In this document: positions 51,191-64,000 of the stretch, piece after piece
Numbering within the stretch: the stretch's first letter is position 1
Layout of the letters: every line of letters begins with the position of its first letter
Translations under genes and position numbers: made by a program
NCBI RefSeq assembly: GCF_036321535.1
Contig: NC_087436.1
Span: forward strand, 5,704,001-5,768,000
Source of the DNA: Camelus dromedarius
Taxonomy: Eukaryota
Direction of reading: 5' to 3'
Length of the DNA stretch: 64,000 bases
The notes under the pieces: model-generated
What the model was told of the DNA's origin: nothing
Databases searched by the model: none
The model's input: only the letters and a program-made list of their open reading frames with translations

Positions 51191-54100
51191 TATCTCTCTT
51201 CCTTCCTTCCTTCCCCACTTCCCATTCACCTTTTTCTTATTTCTTTCCTTTATTCACTCCTCATACTAATATTTATAGTGATCTGTAACGTGCCATTTTC
51301 CATCAAGATTTCAGGATATTATTTTCTCTGCACAGATAGTTTCAAAACTTACTCCAAATAGTTCAGGATACTTTCTGAGAATTGGGGCAAATTTAAGATC
51401 ATTTTCTCTCCAGCCTGCACTGAAATACATCACTCTTGCATTTGAATTTCCTTTCTCTCCTTCTTATTATTCTGTTGTATCTCTTTTCTACTGGCTTCGC
51501 TACAGACTAATAGACTCATTAAGACCGTTCAATGCCATGTGTCATTCTGCAGAAATGAGAATAAATCGTGGAATTCTAACAAAGTGACACAAGATGGGAA
51601 CAAGTCCTGTGTAGAAGACAAGATGGAAAAGATCTATTAAATTTTAATTCAAATCTTAACAATAAGATTGTTCTCTGTAAAAGAAATCAGCCATGCAGTA
51701 ATACTGAAAGCCCACTTCCTAATCATATTCTTCTATGCTTAAATGCTCTCTTTCTCTCTCTGGAGAGTTATAATTTCTTTGTGTCCGGTGTTTTGAAATT
51801 TTACAACAGTATGTTTCATAAATGTATGTTTTTACCTACTGTGCTAGACAGCTTGGAAAATTTGTTTTGCAAATTTGGGATTTTTCTGACTTATTGGGTT
51901 AGTAATTTTCAGTTTCTGGAAAACTATTGTTCAGATTTTGTTCTTCCACTAACTCATCTGCTCACTGTACTTTGTCACCATTTTCCAAACAAAACTTTGT
52001 TTCTGCTTTTTCTGGAAAGGTTTTCAAATTTGTCTCCCTCCTCATTCATTTGTATTTCTCATTTCTGTTTTCATATTTTTAGTTGCCAAGATCACTTTTT
52101 GTTCTCCAGATATTCATTCTTATTGTGTTCTATTCTTGTTTCATGGGTGGAACACCATTCTGTTTCTCTCTCAATTAATTGGTGTTAGTTTTTTTTTTTT
52201 TAAGTTTCCCTCAACTTTCACCACCTGTTTTCTAAAGTTGCTTTTTTATTTGCTTGTTTTAGTCTCCTTCATAAATGATATTTTTCTAAAATGTCTGGTG
52301 ATCATTGGTGCCCTGTTAATATTTATGAATGAGGCATGAAGAAGTTCATTAGAATTTTGAACACGAGGACAACTGATCAACTATGAATTTCACTGCAGCT
52401 GGTCAGAATCCTCAGGGAAGACTGTTTCACGTTCAGAAATGAATCATCCCTTTCTGGGAGCTGAGCGGGTTGACATGGTGAGCATGTAAACTCTCGCTTA
52501 GTTCCCCCATTTTTACCATGGCATCCCCACTCTGCCTGATGACCTCCATCACGTGGGAAGAGGGACACTTCCCTCACCCACAGGTTCTGAAGGTATATGC
52601 ATATCTAACTGCTTCTTAGGAGACTTCCAACAAATCCTATTGTTTTAACTAAAACTCCATGTTCGGTTTCAGCATCCCATAGTGTTACGTCTCCACAGGG
52701 TTCTACGGTGTTTCATGCTATTGTTTCTCTTAAATTTTTTATTTGATAATAGGCCATTGAAAATTATGTTAAAAAGAATGCCAACATGCTAATTTCTTTA
52801 AGAGCCTCGGACCCTAATTTACAGGTGCCAAGTCATACAAAGCTCCTGGCCACAGGAAACTTATTTATCTTCAGATGGAAAACGATCAAATGTTCACATT
52901 AAAATTTATTGTTAATTAACAAAAATTATGATAATTAATGCCTTTTTTGTACACACACATTCAATAACACAACTATATCTTGATACATGATTTGTCTAAT
53001 GTAAATTGTCTATTGATGTCTACATGATTACAATTTATTTGGATTTAAAAAGACATTCAGGTTGATTTAATAGATATAAGCTATAAGTTAACTAAATGAT
53101 CATATCAAATGTTGTGTTAGAATGACTTTAAGTAATGTACACTTTAGATAACATTCTCCAATGTCATTAATCATTACATGTCCAAATTAAATGATTCTAA
53201 TAAATGACTAAGTAACAAATATTTCAGACTAATCACAGTGTCATATATTATTAAACTGCTTGTCCCATAAATTGCTAAGTGTAGTGTCAGGCAGGCAATT
53301 ACATCTTTGCCCTTCTATTTCTCCTTCTCTTAAAGTAACATGACATTCTCATGTTTGCTTAATTTTATTCTTGTCATATTATAGGCTCTTTCCCTTGACA
53401 GAGGGAAAAAAACATTCTTACTACTTAAGTATCTCATCAGAGAAATTAAAAATTTTTAAGACAATTTTATATTTTTTAAATAGCATTAAATAAAACTATA
53501 AAGTAAGCAGGTATAAATTAAATAAAAACAAATTAGTATTCCATTTTGCAAATGTAAGTGTAGAATGCTTTCTTACTCTGAATAAACATAATTTTCATGT
53601 AAGATTGCCTTTAAATATGATTATATTTTCTACTATATGTTAATTACCACCCCATTAATTTTTAATTGTGGGCAGTTTGCTAGCTGGTTTCATTCTTTAT
53701 CCTCATCAGTTAATATTCACATTAGGAAATATAATCCTAATATGACCTATAATAACATATGTAATAAAATACAGATAAAATAAAAATAAATTGGACCTTT
53801 ATGCATTTTAAGGAGCAGAGGACTTGGATCAGATAGAATTAGTCACTGAGTGGATGTTGTGGAGTCAACAAGTCAGTCTGTGAGGATTTCCACTGACATT
53901 TTTGTGTTATCATCCAGCGTTCTCCATGCAGGAGAAAATAAGCAGTCTTGAAAAACCACTAACCATTATAATTAGACGTTTTAAGTCAAACAGGAAGAAA
54001 GTGACCCCATTGCTTATAGAAGCAGGGATGTCAGTTTCCTTGATAGGAATGTTGTTGTCATCTATTAAATTCTCATAGCCAAGTTTGATCTGAACAAAAC

Positions 54101-56109
54101 ACATGAGAAATACATGTTTGATATGCATGTCAATATAAGAAGCACTGTTTTTAGATTTTAGACAACAAAGTGCAGGTCTGTAATAGCTGGAAATACATTA
54201 AAATAAAAAATGATGACCTCGGCATTTTTTCCAGAAACTTCTAAGCTGCAGTATCTGAGCTCAAGTGGCTGAGAACTCTAAGCAGAGAAGATGAAAACTG
54301 AGTTTGGTATTTTGAGGAGGTTGGAGTTTATAGATAGGTTACTGGAGAAAAGGGAGTTGTACAAAATAAAAAATGCATAGAAGACTCAGAGCAATTTGTC
54401 TTGTCTTGGCACAAAATTCCAATGAAGCTTATTTTGTCATCATTAAATTTGGATCAAAAACAATAGCATACATTTTACTTCCCTAATGTAGGTAATGGTG
54501 ATGACTTATTTAAAAAATGGACTTGGTTAAACATTAAAATTATTGATAAGAAATTACAAAATAACCAAATATTTACATTTTCTCATGTTTTTATATACGT
54601 TCAGAGTACAGTGGATTCGTACCGCTGAGGTATCACTCATGGTGATTGTTTCTATTGCGTGCCAGCAAGGAACATGCAGTGCTCACCATTGTGACTTGTC
54701 CGAGAACTGTTTAATACCTGGTCTGGTTAATAACCTATAATTCATTGAATGTGATGAGTGTGCTGATTACATGCTATGTGGCTATCAAAGTTTCTAAAGC
54801 TTACTTTTGACTTAGGTACTTATCTTGTGGTGGCTCAGTAAGAGTTCATTCAGTCCCACCAGTCCATGGACCATACTTTATATTTCAGAAGAGAAGAAAT
54901 ATAAACATCATACAGAGGAACGACAAAACCAAAATATGTAAAATAAATAACAATTCCTTTTGCACATGTGCAATTTGAGCATGATGGTTATATGAAGCAC
55001 ACGTTTCTTTTTCTACTTTATTTCCTAAAAAGGCAACTAAATAATGCACTGTAGTGAAGGATTATATTATGAAAAATTGGTTTGGAGTTTACATTTTGTG
55101 TTAGAGTAAGTTTGGATGGTTTTGTTTGCAAGAACACAAAAACATTCTAGGGCAGTTACCCAGACTAACGAGTTTGTATTTCCTTCATTAAGAAAGTATT
55201 GCTATAAAAATAAAGGTCAGATAAACTAAGCAGTAAATTTAGCCACATAATAAAAACTGCGAATTATGTAAATGCCAATGCCATAAATGAGAGAATATTC
55301 TCTATGTTACTTAATAATATGGATCTGATCAAAAACAACCACTATTGGCTAAGTGAGGTGCAAAAATTGTTGAAAGAAAAAAATTCAGTGGAGATATGCT
55401 TTTAGTATTTCTACAAAACCAGAAATCAATTTGGTTGCATGTTTCTAAAGATGTGATTTGCGCACTGACTTGATATTTGACCATTTCTTTGGTATTTACA
55501 TGATATTAATACTCCCATGTGAGAAAAAAATTCAGTATGTTTTTCAATGGCAGACAGAATCACAGGGTGACAATAAATGTAGGAAGCTTAGAAGAACAGA
55601 GTTTCTACACATGGTTATGTGATGTTTCATAACATAACAATTTTTACTGAAGTAGGTAAAATTCATTGCATTGCATATCTAAGAAAGTTATTCTTTAATA
55701 CTTTAGAAATTTGATAGAAGTATTTAAAATTTGCATCAAAGACAAATTTATATATAGGAAATCTATGTGTCTTTAAAACTTTACAGGATAAATTATTGGA
55801 AATGGCAGTTGATTGAGAATTAAAGATACATTTTGAAAATATGGGATCATTTACTTCAGTTTGTAATAAAACTTTTCAATAAATGTTGTGAAATATATTT
55901 TAAAACATCTTCAATTTGATTCCTCAATTATTTATCTTATTTAAAATGAAATTATTTAAGTACACACGGTCACCCCAAAAGAGTGTCGTTGATCCAGCTA
56001 GATCAGATAAATTAACAAGTTAATAAGCAGAAAGCAAGTTTACTTTTTATGTTAAATACCTTAAATATTCATGTACCTAGTGCTTGTTTCAGTGTGTCTA
56101 TAGGGATGG

Positions 56110-56410
56110 AAAATGGGTTATCATCAATTATTGCTACAACTGTAATGAATAACAGACCTCCCTAAACCTCAGTGGCTTGAAACAATACATTTTTTTCTTG
56201 CTTGTGAACCTGAGTTTGGCTTCTTAGGTTTTCAAAATAAGCTGTGTGCCAGGCGATGGTCTGTGGGGTTCTGGGCCAGCTAGACCAATTATTTCAGAGG
56301 ACGATACTGAACAGAAGCAAGCTCAAGGAAGTCGTAGAATCTAGGACATGTAACAGGACAGAACTGGAACATGTCCCCAGGTCCCTGTCAAGAGTCAGGC
56401 TTTCAGGAGA
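56110..56410 (-). mobile_element. Old MaLR LTR (MLT1) fragment
   Basis: TAACAGACCTCCCTAAACCTCAGTGGCTTGAAACAATACATTTTT. Confidence 0.55.
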
Positions 56411-56449
56411 CTCAAGAGACTCCTGAATCTGTATCTGGAAGCAATAGAC

Positions 56450-57840
56450 ATGTTGTTCCTAGCAGCACCAGAAGTAAGGCTGAAATATTTGATCAAGGAT
56501 TAAAGTCAATGTCTGTGAAAGAGATGCTTTCCGAATCCTTTTTAATATGGGTATTGGGAGTGCAGTCAATTTCTCATGTAACTTACAGCACTCAGACCTT
56601 GGAAACAATATACTAGAAATCATCAAATTTGTAACCAAATTGGGCGTGATTAAATGACTATATGAACAAAACCTAAGGGGAGAGTCAGAGTCTTTATATA
56701 CGTGGGCAACAGCAGGCATAAATTAGGAAAATATTTAGGAAGTCCATGCAACTAGCAGAAGAAATAAGCAAACAGCTTTGTAGCATAACATCTGCTGAAG
56801 GCATGGAAGCCTTACTGCACGCGTGGGGATCATGCCACGGATGAAAACTCTGCTTTGAAAGCTAAGCCTGAGAAACAACAGAAAAATGGACAGGATGAGT
56901 ATGATGAGCCAGGCATTATTTATAACCAGTTGGGCAGAACCTTCTCCTTAGAAGGCACTGTTAGAAAGAGAAATCCCCAAGGAGTCAACTGGATGGACTT
57001 TCCATAGACATTCTGTTTAAAATTTTAGGAAATGATAGAAATGTAAGTAAATGAAGTGGAAAATGATGGATTCAGGTTTTGGGATGGCCTGTAAGACAAT
57101 CTAAGGTAGTTACTCCAACAACTGAATGCATCATAGCAATGAATATTATTAGAGCTGATTTTCAGAATAGGTGGGAGAAAATAAAATCTAATCAGTCCAT
57201 GAAGGTAGGATAGGTCAAATGGGAACCTGTAACGCTGGCCAACCCATCTCAAAATGTAAGTATCTTCCAACATGAAGTAGCAAAGCCTTGAAGGCACTAG
57301 TGAAATAGAACAGGATGTTTTAGAAGAAGACACGATCAAACTCACCGTATCACAATGTAATTGTAAATTGCAGGTGGTTAATAAAAAAACTTCTGTGAAT
57401 TGGAGATTTTGTCATAGACTTGAAAAATGTTTAAAAAGAAAACGGTAGCAAAATTGGCAGGATCAATGAGGTGTAGGACAATGAATCTGCAAGATTTCAA
57501 TTACTACAGGAAATACAGGTCAGTAATTTATTGGTATCATGTTCCTTGTGATTTCATAGCTGAAGACTGCCAACATCAATTCACGCTGAAGTGAAAAGGG
57601 CCCAGTTTGCTTTGATTCCATTAGGCAGCTCCAAAGGCAAGTTCAATAGATCAATGGGAGTAAAAAAATCTATGTAGACAAGTTTAAATGTAATGATATT
57701 TGTAGATGACCCTATAATCATATAAGAATAAAGAGAAAGTGTATTAAAAACATTGATAACATAATAGAACTTTTACAAAAAGGAGGCTTAATCAATTGCA
57801 CAAGAAAAAGTACAACTTGAATAAATCTTGGTTAAATTCT
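56450..57840 (+). mobile_element. Possible ancient LINE (L4/RTE-X-like) relic
   Basis: A-rich region with an RT-core-like GTA ATG ATA TTT GTA GAT GAC (VMIFVDD) near 57690-57710. Family assignment is weak. Confidence 0.3.
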
Positions 57841-59714
57841 TAGAATCGAGTCTTTCAAGGAACAAAAATACTCTGATAAAACAAAACATAATGGACGTGC
57901 TCATCTCGAAATAAATCTTTCTTTATATGGGGAATGTTCAAATAGCCAAAAAAGGAAATTCTCCAAGCAAAACTCTTGATTGCAAAAACTGGTTTTAAGC
58001 AGTGAGTCTGGAATTGGCTATTGTGTGGAGCACCTTGGGTCACACTTTCCTGTGTAAGATCACGGCTCCCCTGCCAACTTCTAGACCCCGAAGCCAGATG
58101 TCTCACACTGCTTCGGGACAAATTAACATTTTGCCATCTATCTGTCTTCTGATTCTGGTTCAAAGAAATGTTCAGCTTGTATTTGAATCCAACTGTGTCA
58201 TTTATTCTTTATCTTTTTGTATTTCATCCCTTCCTGGGTATGGAGTAGAGGGGCTTATTAAAGATGAAATCTCTATACCATCAGGAAAGAAAATTGATAC
58301 AATTTCTTTAAAACACAGTTTTTGAAAAGTTAATGGATGTGAATACATTAACTCACATTAAAAAAAACCCACAAAATAAACAAAAACAAACAAACAAGCA
58401 CCACCCAAAAACTTGCATCTTGCTATGCTACAAACTTCTCAGGGAAAGTAAAAAATAAAACAAAGCATATTTTTCGTAGCCAGAATACAATGCCTGGCAT
58501 AGACCAAAAAAAAAGGCACCTCAGTTACACCAAAATGAACCTTTAGGTGCTGCCTTTCAATAACCTGTCCTGAGCTACAACAGTGAAGGATATTAATTAC
58601 ATCTCTACACAGCAACTAAGGTTAAGGAAAAAGAAAGCAATAATTAAGAAAATTCAAGTCATTAACAACTGGTGAAGATAAAAGTCAGATGTACCATTAG
58701 ACTTGTCCTACATCACTGAGGCTCCAAACACTATGTACCAGTCTCTCTCCCAGGTAAAGTTTGGTGTCTTCTTCTGATAATGGAAGTGTAGTCTGTCCCT
58801 TTTCTAAAGTCTATTGTCTTTTCTGTGTTCTGTCCTGACATAATTCTTAACAGAGTCATGGGAGTTGTGCATTCTGGATTGGTTTTGTCATCAAATACTG
58901 GCTATAATGCAGAGGAAGATGTTGGCCTCAGGAGCGATGTGACATCAGGTAGAAGTTTCGGCTTCTAGAGTGAACGCAGACTCCAAGGGACACATTCCCT
59001 AGAGGAGCAAGTCTTTAGGGATGAAGTGTCTCACTCTTCATTGCTATACTTAGCACAGGGGATTTAGTCATAAGTACCAGGTTCTTTCAGATAAAGTTCT
59101 TTTAATTCTTTTTTGATTTAAAGATAAGGAAGGGTGATGGAATCAGACACACAGAGGGTGACAGAGTCTCTCCATCTGAATTCTGACCCCAAAGAGATGA
59201 GCTAAATCTCAGCTGACACGTTGCCTTTGACCGTTGAACCCAAAACACTACCTCAGAGGCTGGCCAACTTGCCTGGTGACCATCAGAGAGACACTGGAGG
59301 AATCTTTTTATTTCGTATTTCTTTGGGAAAGAGAAGTTTCCAATATAGCAGGAAATTGCAGGACCTGAATTCCTTGTTGGCCTGCCTCCCAAAGTACTCC
59401 AGCTCTACAAATCCTCTTTTATCAGTCTGTGCCCAGGACACTGGCCATCCCCTCTAAAGAGACACCCTTTCTTCTGTTGTTCTTCCTCTGCCATGAGATT
59501 TCTGATCAAATAACAGCAGATGTCTCTTCTTTGAGATACAGAAAGTTGGAACAGCTCTGCAGAGATAGGAGTGCTTCTTTTCTTGGTCCACACTGGACGT
59601 GGAATCCTATGTTCCTGCTAAGATCAGTGCCGACCAACACAGAAGGGGGTTAAACAGAATATCTTCAATCATGGGTGTAGCCTTTGAGCAAGAATACTAA
59701 TTTGCCTCAAAGTT

Positions 59715-59860
59715 GGGGGAGGGTGTAGCTCAAGTGGTAGAGTGAATGCTTGACATGCACAAGGTCCTGGGTTCAATCCCCAGCCCCTCCTCTAAAAATA
59801 AATAAACCTAATTACCATTTGCACCCCCCCCCAAAAAAACCTAAAAAAATAAAAAAGAAA
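59715..59860 (+). mobile_element. tRNA-derived SINE (Vic-1-like, camelid)
   Basis: GGGGGAGGGTGTAGCTCAAGTGGTAGAG...GGTCCTGGGTTCAATCCCCAG with A/B boxes, then AAATAAATAAACCTAATTACC and an A tail. Confidence 0.88.
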
Positions 59861-59916
59861 CAGAAGAACTCAAAATTGTTTGGACCTAGAAAACATTATA
59901 CTTTTAATAAATGTGC

Positions 59917-60413
59917 TGTTGGGAAATTGTTAAAGCAACGGTGGCACACATACATCAGCGAAAGACTGCACTGGACAAGTTAGACAGACAAGGGAGACTT
60001 TATTCAGGACTACTGCAACAGGAGTCAAGGCTACTGCAATAGAAGAGAGGTTGACTTTAATCTTGTTGAAACAAAAGGACGTTCAGTGCAGGAGTGAGTT
60101 GCTGGAAAAATGTTTCACGGGGGAGGTTGGTCAAAGCATTTGTTGACTGGGGGCTTACCGTCCCCCAGGAACTGTGAGATGAGGGTACTTTCTCAATGAT
60201 TCCATTATAAAGGATGGTTTCCAGTCCCTGAGAAAGACATTCTCAGTTGAAAACTGAGAGGAGCCTGGAAGAAGATTTATATCTTAAAGGGGCAGAGAAG
60301 GAATTTGCAATTGCATGTTTTCTAAGGTAAATACTCTAGGAAACAGACACAGGGGAGAAACTTGTCTGAAGTTTAGTCAAACTGAGGAGAATGTTCAGAC
60401 AGTCTTGGTCACA
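59917..60413 (-). mobile_element. Old ERV LTR
   Basis: TG...CA ends, minus-strand polyA signal ACTTTATTCAGG, and LTR-like CCCTGAGAAAGACATT...GTTTTCTAAGGTAAAT. Confidence 0.6.
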
Positions 60414-63029
60414 TGTTTCCTTAAGCTAATATAACTCGATTTGATGTTTGGCTATATAAGAATTCACTTTTTTAAAAGATATTTTTTCACATTCAGGCCA
60501 CCCAATTTGAAGTTTCTAATCTGTTAACAAGCACCCCTGAAAAAGGACCTTACTCCCATGGAAATACTCTCTTTGATCAGATGCTAATGCACAAACACAC
60601 AGATATTTGAAGGTTAGCTGTTTCAGTGAGAGCAAAAACTTGACCGTAAACCTAGGAGAATGTTCTGTTCATTCTCTTCTGAATTGAACTGGAGAGAACA
60701 GTTGGCAAATTGTGTTTGCATATCCTGACTGTTTTCTGCAGGCGGGCACCAGCCACAGGTGACAGATCCCGCGGTTAAAGTTAAAAACAAAGAGGCACCT
60801 CCAGGTAACAAGAGCTCCAGGGCAGTTTGCAGCAAAGATGATGCTTTTCCCACAACAGAGCTCTTAGAAAAATCAAACGGCATATCCTCCATCAATTGAC
60901 ATGATCTGTTTGTCAATTCAAACCTTGGAAATTAGAGAATAAAGGTACAGGCATTGACCTTTCAGTTATGTCAGCCCTTGAGAAGTAATAACCACTAAGG
61001 GCACTGCTCATTGAAAAGCCCTTTACGTAAGACATAAGTCCTTTAGCACATTGTTTCCTAGAGAATATTAACAGCTACAAATCCAATGTGCAGGAACTAT
61101 CAGAAAAGAAGGCACTGAAAGAAAGGTATTTTGGTTTACAAGACATAATTCAATAATATATGTTTAAAAATTCTTCATATGGAAGAATCCTAGATACTTG
61201 TATTATTTATTATTTACTTGAAGAGTATTTACTCAGGAGCCAACAAACTGGCTTCTACCAATTTATAAATACTAATAAAATCATACTAAACCTGGTTTTT
61301 TGGAAATAATAATCAATCCAGTCTTTCCAAGCTCATCCAATAGAAAGTAGACACCAAAAAAAGAGAGCTTCAGTTCCTGGAGGGTTGATATGTTGATCAT
61401 TTCTTGACTTTATTATTTGCTTGGTCTTTGACCTTACCTTATGCTTTCAAAAACATTTCCTCTGCTCTACTGGCAATAAAGTGAAAATTATCATTGTAAT
61501 ATCACTGGCCCAAAAACAATCTACTTGTATTTAAATAAAATGAAATGACATGATATAATATCTTGAACTCTGCCCTCAAATTTAATTCATCTGGTTTCTC
61601 TTATTTGAAATTAGTATTAGATTAAATCAACGTTTATGCCAAGGATATATTGTGGCCAAGAGCCAAAGGGAAATAATTAATATTCAGTGGTATGGGGCCA
61701 ACTAGAAATTCTTCTTGAGAAGTCTGATCAAAGTTCTGATTTTGCAACATGTGATTTTTAGTAGAATAAATCATCTTTATACCCTAAAACACACACGCCA
61801 CAGACACCACTGCCAAATGTCTTTCCTTTTCAATATATTCATGAATCTGAGATGATGGATACAGGTGAAAACATTTATTCTCTGGCTGAGAAAACTGTTC
61901 TTCTGTGCTGCTTAATGGAACTGTTTGTAACTCTATGATGGATTTTTCAATCTTGAGAAGATTGTCTAGGACAATCTAGAGTTAATCTATCTGGTTATTG
62001 TGATATTTATAAATGTTAATTGAGTTTCTTTGTGAGCACTAGTCTAAGCACTAGGGGTCAATGATGGGAAACACATAACCCCTGAATAAGTTTACAATTG
62101 CAAAATAAATTTATTTTACCAAACTACTTAGCTGTAAGTATACAATTATAAAGATAAAAATATTTAGATATAGACATATCCTATGTGATTATTAGCAGGA
62201 TGTGATAAATGTGGACCACGATTAAGGTCCTTTAACTCGGCTTATTGTTTTTTAACCTATTCAGTTTGAATAGTTCCCAAAATACTCAGATATAGGTCAG
62301 CTTATAGAGCATGGAAAGACTTTGGTCAGTTGTCTCATTTGCCGCTGTAATGTTTGCACTAAAATTGACCATAAGAAGGATCTGTAAGTAGCATTCCCTC
62401 TAGTACAAATATTCTATGCATTAATAATGACACCAGTAACAGCCAATGCAACCCTACTTATTAGGTAGAGGACAGGCTTACTAATCACCTCAATACTAAC
62501 TCCTCATTTCCCAGATTCGTGATCTCAGCCTCCTCCAGAGGATGGAGGAACTCCAGCCATGTGCAAATCTCCCTCTGAAATAATTGCACTTGCACTGATG
62601 TGAGCTGCAGACACTGGTGAAATCACTGTTTCTGGTCCAAGTCTGTGTACAATATGAGAAACGTTCAAAGTGCTCTCCTGCAGATACATACCATTTCCTC
62701 CTGCCTAACTCATTGCTACTGTGTCCATGTGGTTCTTATTTCTTTATTCTCCTTTGCCTGAATAGGACAAACAGGACTTAAGATATTCTGCAAAAGCCAC
62801 AATTAGTTCACAACTTAAGATTTCCTTCCATGTTTATTTTCTCCTTTCTTTCCAGTCCAAAACAGTATTAGTCGCACTTCTTATTTCACAATCAGAATCC
62901 GTTTCATCAGCACTGCATGAACACAGGGGTCTCTGTGACCCAACCTAACAGATTTCTACCATATCTGTACATCTCTCTATATATATCTCATTGAAATTAG
63001 TGAGCTCCAAATGACAACTAAACTCATTC

Positions 63030-64000
63030 ATAAGACATATGCATGTCAGAGGGTAAGCCATCAATCTGAATAAAATCCAGGGGGCTTTTGCCATGGTGAA
63101 ATTTCTAGGAGTCCAGTGGTGGGGACATGTAAAGGTAGCCCTTCCAAGGTGAAGGGTAAGTTGTTGCATCTGACCTCTCCTACCGCCAGGAAAGAAGCAC
63201 AGTGCCTAGTGGGCCTCTTTGGACCTGGGAGGCAAGATGGTCCTCATCTGGATGTGTTCCTCCAGCCCATTTTCTGAGCAGTCTGAAAATCGGCTAGCTT
63301 TGAAGGGGACCCAGAACAGAGAAGTCTCAGCAAAGTCCAGGCAACTGTGCTGGCCATCGCACCACGTGGGCCACATGCTCCTGCAGACCCAGTGGTGCTG
63401 GAGGTGGCAGCGGTGGGTCCAGCTGCTCTTTGGAACCTCTGGAAGGTCCTAGAGGGAACTTTCAGGGCAGACCTTTAGGATTTTGAAGGATGATCCACCA
63501 TCATCATAATTACCCTCCCTCTAAGAGACCACTCTTGGTCTGCTCCTCAGCGTTGGTGGAGACCAAACTCTTCACCCTGGGCTACCAAGTTACCATGTGA
63601 TCCAAGCTGCCCATCACCAACTGGGTGTTATCTGGGCCACAAAGCCACGAATTTGAGCTTGAGAAGCCACACTTTATCATAAAATGGAAATGGAACATAT
63701 GTGATCGGGCCATCAGGGCCATAGAGCACAAGAAAGTTACATGAAGAAGTGGTCCAAATGTCCATGGGGACTATAGCCCCAGAGAGCCCAGCAACACTGC
63801 CTTTCTACCTCTAACCCTACACCTGTCACCTCATGGAGAGGTCTCTACATCTAGTTGACAAAGGAAGAGAAAACTAGGGTCTGGTTGACATATGGTTCTT
63901 CACAATATGCAGACACCACCCAGAAGTGGGCAGATACAATGTTACTGCCCTTCTCTGGAACATCCCTGAAGGACACAGTGAAGGGAAATCCTTCCAGGGG
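63030..64000 (+). mobile_element. ERV-L internal pol relic (RT thumb to RNase H), runs off the window
   Basis: 63072-63119 translates KIQGAFAMVKFLGVQW (ERV-L RT motif KIQG...VKFLG). From ~63882, WLTYGSSQYADTTQKW resembles the RNase H WFTDGS motif. Frameshifted. Confidence 0.8.

Noticed and set aside
59715..59790. tRNA gene (also 22150-22220)
   Set aside because: The tRNA-like head is followed by a SINE body and A tail and occurs as diverged copies, so it is a SINE.
7836..63452. The remaining 60-150 aa ORFs in the track
   Set aside because: Low-complexity, AT-biased or repeat-derived, with no coherent exon structure or protein similarity I can recognise.

Overview
Mammalian genomic DNA containing the 3' end of GRIA2 (AMPA receptor subunit GluA2) on the + strand. 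Two copies of a Vic-1-like tRNA-derived SINE suggest a camelid (inference). The gene part comprises the R/G-edited S2 exon (787-1034) with its ADAR hairpin, the mutually exclusive 115-nt flop (1920-2034) and flip (2441-2555) exons, the M4/short-tail exon (3705-3953), and a last exon from 4358. That last exon is 3'UTR for the short isoform, codes the GluA2-long tail, and ends near 7045. The remaining ~57 kb is AT-rich, gene-free intergenic DNA made of L1, L2, MIR, SINE, DNA-transposon and ERV/LTR relics. Four observations stand out. (1) The NSF-binding motif reads [10 protein letters not shown], the sequence of the inactive control peptide pep4c. (2) The GluA2-long tail has lost its stop codon and its Thr-Pro JNK motif. 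(3) A hairpin-embedded 41-nt candidate poison exon upstream of flop creates TAA at the junction with either flop or flip. (4) Several RNA hairpins surround the flip/flop cassette, including a variant GCUGA R/G pentaloop. Comparisons with human/rodent sequences and repeat family names are from recall and need alignment. Most repeat boundaries are approximate.
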